From NCBI GenBank assembly GCA_050084515.1, contig CM114271.1, positions 30,752,001 through 30,816,000 of the forward strand: a stretch of DNA of 64,000 bases, read 5' to 3'. Origin of the DNA: Blasia pusilla (taxonomy: Eukaryota). Under the pieces are notes generated by a model. That model saw only the letters and a list, made by a program, of their open reading frames with translations. It was not told the origin of the DNA and did no database searches. The position numbers and the translations under genes are program-made. This document shows, in pieces, positions 13,746-27,200 of the stretch; positions within the stretch are counted from its first letter, which is position 1; every line of letters begins with the position of its first letter.

Positions 13746-16161
13746 CGAGGTGCGATATCACTGTATGCATTGAATATAGCCACTTGTTAGAATTTTAAAG
13801 AAAATTGATTCTCTTTGTCTTACTTCTATTTTGATAATAGTACAAAAACTTTTGGCATGACATGTGAGTCTTTTGGCACATTCAATCTTATAGAACTTAT
13901 GACAAAAAAAATTCCCTCCTTATTTTCATGTGTCAAAATAACCCTCTTTGAGTCTTTGCGCATTTTTTCCAAGAGTTTACGTGTTCTTAGAAGAATAAGC
14001 TCATTTGAACTAATTTTCTTTTCTATCCCAAATTATATGTGTAAACTATCTACTATACTGAAAATCAAGGTGATTTCCTTGCTGAAGAGTATATATTACA
14101 TCCATCTTCCTTTCACTACATGGGCTTTTTTGAATTTACCTTTAATTATTATTTAGGATTCAGACTTTATCTCTTGTTCACGTATCATTGATATATTCAC
14201 GTTTACTAGAAAACTTATTAGATTAACCTATTAAGTTTTCTAATAAATCTCAATGTTAAAAAATTCAGTAATAAGTTTTATTGAATGTAACCTCCATTTA
14301 AGCCTTAAAAAAATTTTCCTACCTTAAAGGAGGATTTTTCTATGATAATTGATGTCACAAAATGTACTATCATATATTTTTCTTAAATCACGCAGTAAGT
14401 CCCTAGGTTGGCTTTTCCATTAAGCCTCAAGCAATCATATCTTATAACACACTTTTGGGGTTTATAGGGGAATCCTTTCTTTTTGCTTAGTATTATCCTC
14501 GAGCACAAATAATCCATGACCCAAATAAGGATTATGACTTCTAACCTTATCTGAAAATCAAGGTGATTTCCTTGTCTCTTATTGTAAACTATCTACTATA
14601 TTGAAAATCAAGGAAAATCAAGGTGAAATCATAATGCGTTCTTAAAGCCTCCATGTGTTCCACCAAGCCACTTATCCTATGTCAGATGGCATCACCTTAT
14701 CCTCTCAAAGTTTGAATGATGAACTATATTTAACTTTATCCCAAAATGGAAGTGAAATTCAAATATAAAAATATGGTTAATTTTTTATTGTGATAGAGAT
14801 AGCTTACTATTCACAAAGGGTTCTAAATATCTCTTAGAGGATCCTTCGAGTCCCCAATCTTTGAAAATATCCTTGCTTGTGCCATTACTTGTGCCGCTAA
14901 GCAAGGCTTATCTCTAGGAATCAAACCTTTATTGAGATTGATACTAAAGATTAATTTACATAAAATCTTATTCAAAATCCATGGTTATTCAGCCATTTCT
15001 TGGTCTTCCAAGATTATTGCATATACAATGATCATGCATTTTTCTTATATGATGGTTGGATGAAAATCTTGAGTTTTAACTAATAATCTACTGTTTCACT
15101 ACATGTTATTGGTATCAACTATTCTACATGACAAATAAATGAATAAAGAGCATAAAAGCATGGGATGAAATGTATTGTTAATGCGTACATAGCCTAGAAC
15201 CTACTTCCTTTAGATACTTCAAGTGCATGAACCAAAAATTGATTTAAGATATAATAATAGTAACAAGAAAAAATATTAGAATAATAGTTAACAAAAAAAT
15301 GTCATCTCAAAATGAAGTCTATCTTTACATGTGTATATATGGATAAATATGGAAAAATAGACAAAAATAGATATATTTTAATAAATAATTTAAGATCGAT
15401 GTATTCAAATAATAATAGAAATATGTTAAAAAAATATATTATAGAAAAATTATGAAAATATATTTATAAATATTGGTTAGGTTTTAAAGTTTTATGAAAT
15501 TTAAATTCTAAGAAACTAATGATTAAAATCATCTCCATAATATGTGAAAATAATCAGTCTAATCTATACATGTTTCTTTTCATACTAAAGTTAATATAAT
15601 ATTTTTTAATGAGATTTTAATAATATAATAAAGATTTAATTGAAAATTGAATACTTCTAAAGGGGAGGGATTCTTGATTTGATACAAAGCACTCAATCAA
15701 AAAAATCATTTTTTTCCAAAATATGGAAAGTTAGACTGATAGTTTTACATGTAATATTTTCCATAATTTTCTCTATAAAAATATTAGTATTATGTATATA
15801 ATTATCTCAAAGAAAACTCTATCTTTAAATTAGTTTTTTCTTTCTTGATGTTGATATTCAAATATTCTTTCTTGGTCAGATTTCATGCATTGTTGAAAAA
15901 TTTTATAAGGCATTTTTTGAAGAAAGAAAGAGTGATCAATTGAAGAAAGGAAAGGTGCCGTCATTAACGACTTGGCAAATGTTTTAGAAGGCATGCAAGA
16001 AGCAGACCACCAAGGTGCCAATTGGTGCAAATACTTATGAAAATATTGATTATAGTAGTTGTTATCCAAGTTCAAAAGCATGGAGCAAGAGAATGCCCCT
16101 TATCCATCATCAGGTCAACTTGATGGGTGGATGGATTCTTCATGTAAAAATCCTCAATTAA

Positions 16162-19100
16162 ATGAAGATTCTTGTGTTATTTACGACAATTTTAAGCTTG
16201 ATGTGGTGGTTGATTCCCAAGACAAAGGTGCAAGCTAAAAGCTTTAATTATTCCAAAAGTGACTTCTTCTCTTTAAGTGCAAATTATAGTGGGAGTACGA
16301 TATTCAATTTTCCTCAATTTTATGAAAGTCAGAGCAACGCAATCAATGTTCGTTATAATGCCTCTTTTGACAACAAGAGAAATGTTGTAAGACTCACGGA
16401 TTCGTCACAAATACAATGCACAAATGTGTGTAGAGGTCAAGCTTTCTACTCTCGCGCCATCCAACTACATGATCCTATTACCAAGCAAACCTACTCATTT
16501 AGTACCCAATTCATTTTTACCCTGACATCATCATTTCAAACAGAGGTTGGAGAAGGATTCGTTTTTTTGTTGATCACAAATCCAAATGATTTTTCAAATG
16601 ATCAATCTAAGGAGTATTTTGGGGTCTTTCCCCATTCCGGAAAGGCTCCTACAACAGTTCTTGCCATTGAGTTTGACACACACCAAGATGAAGAACTCAA
16701 TGATATTGATGACAATCATGTAGGTATAGATCTTAATAGCGCATTGTCTATAGTTTCTGTGAGTGTGACCCCTTTGGCCATCATTTTGTCTAGTGGGATA
16801 CCAATCATAACTTGGATTGAGTATTCCCATTCCATCAAGAGATTGCAAGTAAGAATAAGTTATGATGGTTTTGGACTTCTAAAGCCTCTAAAGCCAATTA
16901 TTGACTTACCCTTGGATTTATCCAATTTTGTGACTGACTATATGTATGCGGGCTTCAGTTCTGAAATCATGAACAACTTCTACCAAGTGAATGAGATACT
17001 TTCATGGTCTTTCAATGCCCATATTAATACAAGTATTTTTGAATTTGCTCCTCCTCCGCCTTCATCTTATACATCTAGTCTTGTTCAAGCCAATAAAACA
17101 TCTTGGCATAAAAAGTCTACACAACTCAATAAGGTTGTTGGACTATCAGTAACTGCCATTATAGTTCTTCTTATAGTTCTTGGCCTTGGCATTAGTATAC
17201 TCCAATATGGATTTAACTTGATAGCAATCCCGGATGAGTTCGTCGGTGACGAGCAAGTGTTAGTTGAATTGACCATAGAAAAATCAAAAGAAGAAGAGCT
17301 CCTTGATGATGACACCAATATCAAGAAGATTCATAGTTTGGATTCTTCCAATGTCATTGATGACATGCAGATAAAAGAATCTTCTTCACAAGTTGAAAGT
17401 ACATTCATGTTTACAAACTCCTTGTTTGATCTTCCAAGAGAGGAGAAGGTTGATATTGATCCTTTAGATTTGAAAATCTCAAAGCATGATAATACCAGTG
17501 AAGAGGAGGTTCAAAAATTATCAAGGATTAATACAAATTTAATGAAATTGAAGAAAAATCAAATTATAATTTCTTCCGTGATAGATGGTTCCACAATGGA
17601 TATAGAAGCACCTCAATTCCAGTTTAAGGATCTCTATGAAGCAACGAATGAGTTTAGCAAGAGAAGAGAATTAGGCTGTGGAAAATATGGTATTTTTTAT
17701 GAAGGATTTCTCTCCGATTCCACGCAAATTGCAGTTAAGAGATTGAACAAGGTTCATAAGGAGAACATACAAAGCTTGAAAAGGAAAATATCTGCTATCT
17801 ACCAATTCAAACATCCAAATTTGGTGAAGTTACTAGGTTGGTGTAAACATAAAAGTGGATACTATCTTGTTTATGAATTTATCCCAAATGGGAGTTTGTA
17901 TCACGCTTTATTTGAAGAAGAAGATGTCCAACCTATTCTTGATTGGAAACAAAGATTCCAAATTGTGTTGAACATTATAATGGCTATAGATTGTCTTCAT
18001 AATGACTCTGATAAGTTTCTCCAGAAGAACTTTAAGATCACTCATCAATCACATGAATTTCTTCATCAGAATATAAAGGCCACAAACGTTTTTTTGGCAA
18101 GTGATGGTATTGCAAAGCTAGGGGATTATGGACTTACATGGACCATGGAGCAAGATATGCTTGAGGATTCAACAATAAAAGGATATATGGCTCCTGAAGT
18201 TTTTTACAACATGATGATGACAAAGAAATCAGATGTGTTCTCTTTTGGAATTTTAATTTTAGAAGTTATATCTGGAAGGCATATTCTTGATGCAAAATTT
18301 TCTCCAAAGCATATTGATCTTATAGATTGGGTCTCTGAATTGGCTTATCAAGGAAAATTTTCAAAAGTACTCGACAAGAAGTTGGGAGATAACTATGATG
18401 GAACTCAATTAGAATTATTAATCGCAGTGGGCCTACTCTGTTGCGACCCGAATCCAGAATTCAGGCCATCCATTAAACAAGTTCTTCAAGCAGTAAATTT
18501 GGAAATCCCCATATCATTTATCAAAACTCCTACCTTATTTCTTCAAGGAGGCACCAAAATTACATCTCTGAAACTTGAACCAAATATCACAATTGAAAGT
18601 TTATCTTCAAAGTTGGATCTAGCTTCAGGTTCTACAACACGATCACTAGACAAATCATTTGGAAAGGATGTTCCCAATTCATCTAATAATATTGTTTCTA
18701 TACCAAAAAAAGTTGAATCCCTACAATGGGAAGAAATCTCGGACCTTGATTTTTCTTTCATGTCCAAGAGTGTGCATTTTGAATTGAAGGGGGATGACAA
18801 GGAGGCATTTGATAATCAACCCATGAAACTTGAAATAGACAAGGAAAATTCAGATATCATCCCTTTGATTGATGAAAAAAATAGAAAAAAATCTATCTTC
18901 AGTATCCCAGATATATCTCAAGATTATCAAGTCATTGATTTAAGGCAACGTTATCTGTCCATTAATCAAATTCCAACACAACACATTGATGCCCATCCAT
19001 CTTATCATATTCATAAATCTAAAAAGCATGAGATTCAAGATCCTTCTCCTTTTATCTCCACTCCAAATTTGCAACCAAAATTATTCCATGATCCAAAATG

Positions 19101-20070
19101 TTTAAAAACTTATGTCCCTACTATTTCTCAAGCTTCAACCCTTTCTGAAGTGCATATTGACGACTCTCATGAAAATATCTCATGCCCTTCCTCCTCTCTG
19201 CCTCATTCAAAATCCTCAAACCTTTCAAAGGTTAGTCAGCATGATTCATCAATTCAAGTAGAGCCAAATAATATTTTATCTTCAAAACAAAAAGCCAAAT
19301 CTAGAGGAGAAACCTCCTTTGCTCTTTCCCCTCCAACTGTTTCAAAATCCTCAAAAAATTCTTCCAAATTTTCTAAAAATATTCCACCGATTGAAGAAGA
19401 ATCAAGGAACACATCCATCAATCCTTCTCCATTAATTTTACCTCATAAAAAGAGATTCAAGTCTAGGTTGGAAAAATGTTTTACTCGAGCTTTCTCCTCA
19501 AGAGCTCGTTCAAAATCTCCAATACATTCTCAAGTCTCTAAAAGTAATCCATCAATTCAAATAGAGCAAAAGATTACTTCCATATCTTCTCATGCAATGA
19601 TTTCAACTTCCAAACTAAAAGTTGAGTTTGGATTGGAAACCTCCGCTTCTCTCTCCTCTCCAACTTCTTCAAAATTTCCATTAGTTTCTCATGGTTCTAA
19701 AAAGGATCTAGAAATTCAAGAAGAGCAAGAGGATAGCTCTCCTTCACTATTAATTTTTCCTCCAAAATATCCAAACCTTGCTCAAGTGTCTAAAACTAAT
19801 CCAAGAACTACAATGGAGTTAAATATTCTCTCAAAGTTCCCTAAACAAAATTTGAAGTCTAGGTTAGAATCTTCCACTAGATCTAATACTTCCTCCTCTC
19901 CAATTCGTTCAAAATCCCTTATTAGTTCTCAAGTTTGCAAAATTCATCAAAAAATTCAATTAAGGCCACAAGTCATCTCAAAAATATCATCATCATCACC
20001 TCCACTAGTTTTACCTTCACAAAAAAAATCTAATCTTAAGGTGAAACCTTCATCCGCTCAAGTCTCTTAA
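16162..20070 (+). CDS. L-type (legume) lectin receptor-like kinase, probable pseudokinase with long C-terminal extension
   Basis: 1302-aa intronless ORF: hydrophobic signal peptide; legume-lectin motifs (SFSTQFIF, GEGFVF, LAIEFDT, DDNHVGID, MYAGFSS, EILSWSF); TM segment (VVGLSVTAIIVLLIVLGLGISIL); kinase (PQFQFKDLYEAT, LGCGKYG, IAVKRL, HPNLVKLLGWC, LGDYG, GYMAPE, KSDVFSFGIL, RPSIKQV). Confidence 0.95.
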   Translation: MKILVLFTTILSLMWWLIPKTKVQAKSFNYSKSDFFSLSANYSGSTIFNFPQFYESQSNAINVRYNASFDNKRNVVRLTDSSQIQCTNVCRGQAFYSRAIQLHDPITKQTYSFSTQFIFTLTSSFQTEVGEGFVFLLITNPNDFSNDQSKEYFGVFPHSGKAPTTVLAIEFDTHQDEELNDIDDNHVGIDLNSALSIVSVSVTPLAIILSSGIPIITWIEYSHSIKRLQVRISYDGFGLLKPLKPIIDLPLDLSNFVTDYMYAGFSSEIMNNFYQVNEILSWSFNAHINTSIFEFAPPPPSSYTSSLVQANKTSWHKKSTQLNKVVGLSVTAIIVLLIVLGLGISILQYGFNLIAIPDEFVGDEQVLVELTIEKSKEEELLDDDTNIKKIHSLDSSNVIDDMQIKESSSQVESTFMFTNSLFDLPREEKVDIDPLDLKISKHDNTSEEEVQKLSRINTNLMKLKKNQIIISSVIDGSTMDIEAPQFQFKDLYEATNEFSKRRELGCGKYGIFYEGFLSDSTQIAVKRLNKVHKENIQSLKRKISAIYQFKHPNLVKLLGWCKHKSGYYLVYEFIPNGSLYHALFEEEDVQPILDWKQRFQIVLNIIMAIDCLHNDSDKFLQKNFKITHQSHEFLHQNIKATNVFLASDGIAKLGDYGLTWTMEQDMLEDSTIKGYMAPEVFYNMMMTKKSDVFSFGILILEVISGRHILDAKFSPKHIDLIDWVSELAYQGKFSKVLDKKLGDNYDGTQLELLIAVGLLCCDPNPEFRPSIKQVLQAVNLEIPISFIKTPTLFLQGGTKITSLKLEPNITIESLSSKLDLASGSTTRSLDKSFGKDVPNSSNNIVSIPKKVESLQWEEISDLDFSFMSKSVHFELKGDDKEAFDNQPMKLEIDKENSDIIPLIDEKNRKKSIFSIPDISQDYQVIDLRQRYLSINQIPTQHIDAHPSYHIHKSKKHEIQDPSPFISTPNLQPKLFHDPKCLKTYVPTISQASTLSEVHIDDSHENISCPSSSLPHSKSSNLSKVSQHDSSIQVEPNNILSSKQKAKSRGETSFALSPPTVSKSSKNSSKFSKNIPPIEEESRNTSINPSPLILPHKKRFKSRLEKCFTRAFSSRARSKSPIHSQVSKSNPSIQIEQKITSISSHAMISTSKLKVEFGLETSASLSSPTSSKFPLVSHGSKKDLEIQEEQEDSSPSLLIFPPKYPNLAQVSKTNPRTTMELNILSKFPKQNLKSRLESSTRSNTSSSPIRSKSLISSQVCKIHQKIQLRPQVISKISSSSPPLVLPSQKKSNLKVKPSSAQVS

Positions 20071-23000
20071 TCTGCTTTGCAATCTTGAACACAACCCTTC
20101 ATTACTTCTCAAGATCCTTTGACTTCAAAAAAATTTGACCATCCCTTAACCTTATACCAACTTCTTCTCCTACGCCAATTTTTCTTGTAAGACGATTTAT
20201 TAAACTTTGTATTATAAAAAAATACTATTGTCTTCCTTTACATGTTCTAAATGTCCCATCTTTTCTCATGTCTCTAGAATCCTCTCATCACCTTAATTAG
20301 AGTAAAAAATATCTTAACCTCCCTTTATGAACTTCACCTTAGCAAGAAAACATTCATTGATCAGTATTATTCAAGAAACTCTGCTTTCATATCATCGATG
20401 TCTTGCTATTTTTGTTCTATCTGATCCGATTCTTGATCCATGTATTATCTCCTTCGTTCCCCTCCTCCTTAACCACACCTCAAAAGGATCTTTATTTTCC
20501 AAAATCTAAAACATCTTATTCTCCACAATAATAATCTCTTTTGGGTTTAATTACACAAAAATAAAAATAAAAATCTAAATTATGATTTGACTTTGAAACA
20601 ATTCATAATATTGGATGCTCTTTATTATCTTTACTTTTTCTATCTATTTTATAACCAATCTTATTAAAACATTATCAAGGCTTTATATTCTTAATATTTA
20701 CTATCTTTTAATATTTCTAAAAATCCACATGTTCATAGAAAACCATCAAATATATAGAATTTTATTGATAGATTAAAAAATCCTTTTTTTTCAAAATCTT
20801 ATATTCTTTAAAATCCTCTTCTAATTATCAATTTAATTTCCTCCTAAAAGATATTTCTTTAAATATAGATGCTATATCTTCATCTCGTCATTAACCGAAA
20901 GCTTAACCAACATTCTTAAATCCTCCTATTTCACTTTTTGCTCATATCCAAATCTCGTCGCTATGATCAGCACAAATTTAACACATCAATGATATCCGGG
21001 TCAAAAACTATCAATGAGGCTATTCACTTAATTCCAACATCATATCATCTTTTTCCTCAAGCTTCTCATAGATTAGATCTTTATATTTCATTCAAAATTC
21101 AATATATTTCTTCTCTTTATCCATATAATCTCTTCATGAAACCTTCTTCTTTATTGTTTCCGTCCTTATAAATCAAGTAAGGTTTCTCACATAAAGGGAT
21201 ATCTCTATGTACTTATAAAATTTTGGACAAAATGAAGCAAAATTTTTCTTTTGTGTGTTTCAAAATTAAATAATTCACCTACACGGTGTGGAATTCTATT
21301 AAGAAACTTAAGTATATATTTTAAATCCTTCATTTTTTTAACTCTAAGCTAACCAATCATATAACGTAATTGATTTTTGAAGGATATACATGAAAATTTG
21401 ATGATAGTAAAATTTCACATTGGTCATGTTATGAAGAAAAATTAAAAAAAAATTGGAGTTATTATTTTTCCTTAAATCTAGACTTAAGAGTTTTTGGAAT
21501 TCAAATATTTACATTTATATATTTAGATTAATCAATATTTAAATACATAATCAATTCATAGCTTGTATATCAATGGTATTCATGATTCTTAATCTAAATC
21601 CTTTATTTTGGTTTGGCAAAGTAAAGGAACATAAATGACCAATCAATCTATTAGTTGAATTCATGGACTTTTTGAAATCATAAGATAGATTTCAAAACCA
21701 TCTAAGATTTTAAAATTATAATGTATTCCTAAGAGGTAGATTCATAATATTCAAACTCTTCTTTACACATAATATTTAGTAATATTAGCGATCATTTATT
21801 CATTTTTCGATTATCTTCAATGTTTGATATGTTGTATCTACATGGGGAATTAAAAAAATTCTAAGAAAAGAATAATGAATAATATGAAACTCCAATTTTT
21901 TATTCTAACATAAATGAATAATATCCCCTTTATTGAGTCCATTCTATAGATTGGATGTATATACAATATCTTTTAATCAAAATTATTATTCTTTTTACCA
22001 ATGTTAAAATTTTTCTAATCCAATCTAAAATCTTATAAAATTATTTTTATTGAAAAATAATTTTGATACTTATATTTAATTATTAACTTCATTCCTTTTT
22101 TTCTAAAGCTATGAATTTTTAATTGATTATAAATTATCTCGTGAAAGCACTTGCATCAAATTTCTTCAATGGTAATTTTTGGGCCATTTTTGGGACTGTA
22201 AGAGGATCTCATGTATTTTAGTATATTGAGTTAAATTATTAGGGTTTCGCTCAAAGGAATATATCAATCCTTGGGGAACTGGAGGATCATAGGTCATAAA
22301 TGTGGGGAACTGGAGGATCATAGGGATAGATAAAAGACCCAATTGAGTGCTAAATAAAAGACCCAATCATAAAAGGATGTGGTAAGGCTCGAGGAAATTC
22401 TTGTTTACGAATGGTTATAAGAAATTTTGTAGAGTATTAATCCATATTATTAAATAATAAAATTTAAATTAAATCTTGATAAGCCCATACCATTGTAAAA
22501 CAATATTAAGAGTAATAGGTCATAAATTATCTATGGAAGTCCAAAGGATTTGTGTGCACATATTACCATCTAGGATAGGAATGTATGAATTGGAAGGCAC
22601 ATAAATATTCTGCATTGTTACTTTTTAGATAAAGTGGAAGATGAGGTTTCTTTATTCTCTTTGCAATCATTCTTATTTGTGCAAGATATCTTTTGTTTGT
22701 ATTTGAAAATATATGTATTGCAAAGTTATAAATTTATATTGGGTATTAGAACCTTGAGCAATATGAAGGATCCTTTCGTAAATATGAGAATGTTTGATTC
22801 AAGGTCGCAATGTTTGATTCAAGGTTGGTTATCGAGGAAAATAATTGTTTCTAATCACCAAGTGTTTCATATGGAAGTTCAAGATCAAGAACTTGAAGTT
22901 CTATATTGGGGAAAAAAATCTGCTTTGTATTAGACGATTAATCCAATCATACTTGAGACTCGATTGACCTGGAAGTCACTACAAGCCATATCAAGGAACA

Positions 23001-23509
23001 AAATGGTATGTATCTCTTCCACAACTAAGCAAAGAAATTTGATTAAGACCTAGAGTATCTTCAAGTAGTTCTTAGACACCCTAAACACATCACTTATGGA
23101 ATTAAATTTTGTATTATTTGTTTTTTTCTTTAATATCAATATTTTGGGATATGTTCCACAAGTATATCTAAATACAACAAAAAATATAACCTCTATATAA
23201 AAGAGTCAATAGATAGATTAGTTAAATCAAAATCTATTGATTCATAAGATTTAATTTTCTAATCTATACAAATAAAAGAGGAGGGGGTTTGAGGAAACCC
23301 TCCTCATGTGTTAACATCTATCCTCTAAGGGTTCTTATGATGTTCACACATATCACTTTAAGAAAAGAAGTTCAATGAGGAGAGAATTAAATGGAGAAGG
23401 GAAAGCAGGAGTGGAGGCTTTTTAAAATTTGAAGATCACCCGTGCGTATCGCATACAACCCTCTAGTAAGATTTTATCTACATCCTTTAAGTACATCCTA
23501 CAAGGTACT

Positions 23510-23717
<208 letters not shown>

Positions 23718-24249
23718 CGTGCATTTCGGATTCATTAAATTCATCTTTTTTTATTGGATTAATGTCCATCTGTCTTGTGGTCTTACATTAAAATGCCTTA
23801 AAATAGGGTTTTCCGTCTTTCTTAGTCCAACTAAGAAATATAACCATGATATTCAAATCCTCGCAAGGATTTTGAATTAAATAATCTTGCCTTATATATC
23901 TACAAAATTCCATAGAAATTATTCACTTGATACCTATAATTATATTCATAAGAGGAGATGCTCCAATTTCCATAAGGTTTCTGAGCCGTTTCTCCCATTA
24001 TGCTCTTCCAACTTGCACATTTTTCTTTATCAATATAGTTCTTATAAAATATTATAAATAAACTCACAATGATTTGAAAGTAGCTATTGTTGCTATTACT
24101 CCCTTCCTTGGCATCAATAAAATTTCCTAAATTCTCTTTGTAATAAATTTTCAAATCTACCTTATAATCATTCATCTATCATGTATGAAGTTTACCCCTC
24201 TGAATGTTCAAATGAAAAATCTAGAGGATATAACATAATAAACCAAACC

Positions 24250-27200
24250 AATACATTTTTAAGGATTAAATGTATTCTTTCTTGACAACAATGTTGATAC
24301 CAAGAAACTTCTACGTCTACATCTATGGTTTTTGCCCAAATATAAAAAAATCTGAAGGGGACAGCGCACCAAGAATTCGGAGGTTACATCTGGCTTTCAC
24401 CCTTGAAAGCATCACGTACACTAGGCCAAGAGCAGAGGGTGATTTTTTAATAAGGAGGCACTTTTGAAGAACAATAAGGCCTTGGCTCTTATGCTCGGTC
24501 ATAGCATAACCAAGTACGAAAGGGAAAGTTTTTTTGTAATGCTTCTGATTTCAGGCCATATCGCAAATTGCAGAAATTTTTTCTAGTGATCTTAAGTACC
24601 TTATTGTTTGACTGGAGTCTCGCCACAACTGCAACGACTTTTTCACCACTATGTAAATAATCTAGAACAGTATCTGCTGTACCATTGACTGCTTGAGTTG
24701 CAACATCAATGTTGGACGTCAGAAAGACCCTACAACCAATTGCAAGAAATTGAAGTTGATGTAAGTTGGAATCCTGAAGCCATTGATGAAAGTGTGGTTC
24801 GGATGATGCATCAATTGAGATATGAATGGGAATAATATCTGCGCTACCATAAAATCTCAGCAGACAGATAAGGTTGAAAAGTTGAACGTTGGTGCGATGA
24901 GAGCAAATCACTTATGTATTGTCATCTAAAAAGTGAGTAGCAGCGTCTTCATCGACAAAAGAAGTACCCAAGACATCTTCTATTTCATTTTTATTTGGAC
25001 AAGGTGATCTTATTCTAGATAGAAAACTTAGGAATACAGAATCACCAACATGACATATTGCTGTAGAAAGCTAGTACTTGTCCATAGTACCATAGAATGG
25101 GGAGCTAGATATATGACTCAACAGCATAGATCCAAACAACGATGTTGAAAAATTGGTGGTAATTGATAAAGGTTGCGAACTAAGATAAATAATTTATGTG
25201 AGAAAGGGGATAGGTCAGATGAAGGAGATACTTGATATAATCTCATAGCAATTATCTACAGCAAACGTGGCGTGAGCATTGAGCACTCGTCCACAAAAAT
25301 AACACCAGAAACTTTGAGCCGACTGTACTGATTGGAGGCATCATGGGCAAGTCAAGTTTGATGGATATTGCAAAGGTTGAATGAAGAGTAGTAGGTGTAT
25401 TGTGTAGCCTAACCGCAGCAATACCGGTAGTTGCAGTTAGCAAAGATCGGATAGATTTTGATTCCCAATATATTTTCATAAAGTCAATGAAAAATGTTTT
25501 TCCACAACGTGGTGGACTTGTGATCATCACTAAGCCTAAGGATAGGTAGCTAAGTTTATGATATAAGTCTTTCTGCTCCACGGTAAGACCGTCAGTAGGT
25601 AGTGTATCGGGTATGGGAGACGTATGGCTAGGAGATGAAGAACTGGGTATATCTTCATGCTGCATATACATTGTCGGTGAAATGTCAAAGCGAATATACG
25701 CGCCAATAACATCCATTACCTAAGCTACAATTTCACCAGTGTGCACTTCACTCCATAGGTTTGCTACTGCATGCTTCTTGATCTCGTCTACTATAGATTC
25801 TATGTCACAAAATACTTTTCTATAAAGGCACTCATGAAGATATGTCCAATCAAGGGATTGAACAGTTAATAACTCTGATTCAAACCTTAATGTAATTACC
25901 GATATCAAGTTGGTGTAAAAGAACTCATTCCACTGGTGGAGCAGATGATGTTCACTGAACCTTACTAGGCGTTGGGTCATGTACAATGAGTTCCCTACAC
26001 AATCAGTGCCAATGAAGTCCTTTACCTGCTTGGACTCAGTTTTTAGCACTTCATATTGTGACAAGAATTGGAAAAATGTGAGTTGTTCAAGGGTAAGTGG
26101 CTGATGAAAATACAATATGGTGGGGTGAATTTATAGTATGGTGGCATTCTTATACAATGATGTCCTTGTATGCGGTGGGCTGGAATCAATGAAATGCACA
26201 CCATGAGACCTATAAATTATGGGTATCTTCAGTGCCGTCAATGCCGCTTTGGTAGATGAGACACTTCTATTGAGTACTAGACCAGAGACCAACTTTAATC
26301 TCACTTCATCCAGGCTATCAAGGCCTAGACACTTAGCAGACTCTGTAGTAATATTAAGCGCCTCTTGCGGTTTGCACTTGAGTGCATACTTGAGGAGGTA
26401 AAAGGACCACTGTACATTGGTGACCCTATGAAAATTCATGTGTGCACCCTATAGTAGGAGCACTGCTGGATGATATGGCACAACATTACGGTGATCATGT
26501 CGAGGTCTGTAGTACATCCATCTCGATGTGGCAAGGTCTACTGTAGGGCAGAGATTATAATTTGGCAGAGTAGGGAAGCCCATTTGGCAGTATGGTGGAC
26601 AATCCCGAGTTGCTTTTATAATACACACATTCTGTTTGCTAGTATGTAATTGCTTAGTAAGGACATAATGACGAAGCCTATAAGTACTCTCATCAGCAGA
26701 AGCTGAATCTAAAGGAGTGTTGTGCAAGGCTGGTCTGTAGCAACATATCTCATTTGTGACATCATAAACATCTTCTTTATTGACCCACAAGATAATATGT
26801 GAATGTAGGCTCCCTCTACCTTGGACTTCATAGTGGACAAGATAGTTAGTCAGTCGGCCTAAAATCTCTGGACCACCAAGTATGTAGATATGGAGGAATA
26901 ACTTCAATCTTGTATGGAATAGGACTACACACTCAAGCGGTTCATCCCTCCATGAGAAATTTGTATTGAATCTACGAACAAGACTTTCAATGGCTTGAAC
27001 CTTATGCCACCTTGTATGAGAGACTTCATTAGAAGTCAACGTTAAAAAAAGTTCGGGCACGCCCCACTATAGGACCATGGTTTTAAAATCTCTAAGTTGC
27101 ATGCGGTGCCAAGATGGGCTACCAGGTATCTGAGCAATGAAACTGTACTTTGAGAGGTGACCATACAGTTGTTCATCACTAGGATCTGGCTCCTTTCCGC

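Noticed and set aside
20250-21200. Possible L1 endonuclease remnant on the minus strand (similar hints at 1482-1900, 23900-24175 and 41600-43100)
   Set aside because: Strand-skewed, coding-like composition, but motifs are too decayed to support a call.
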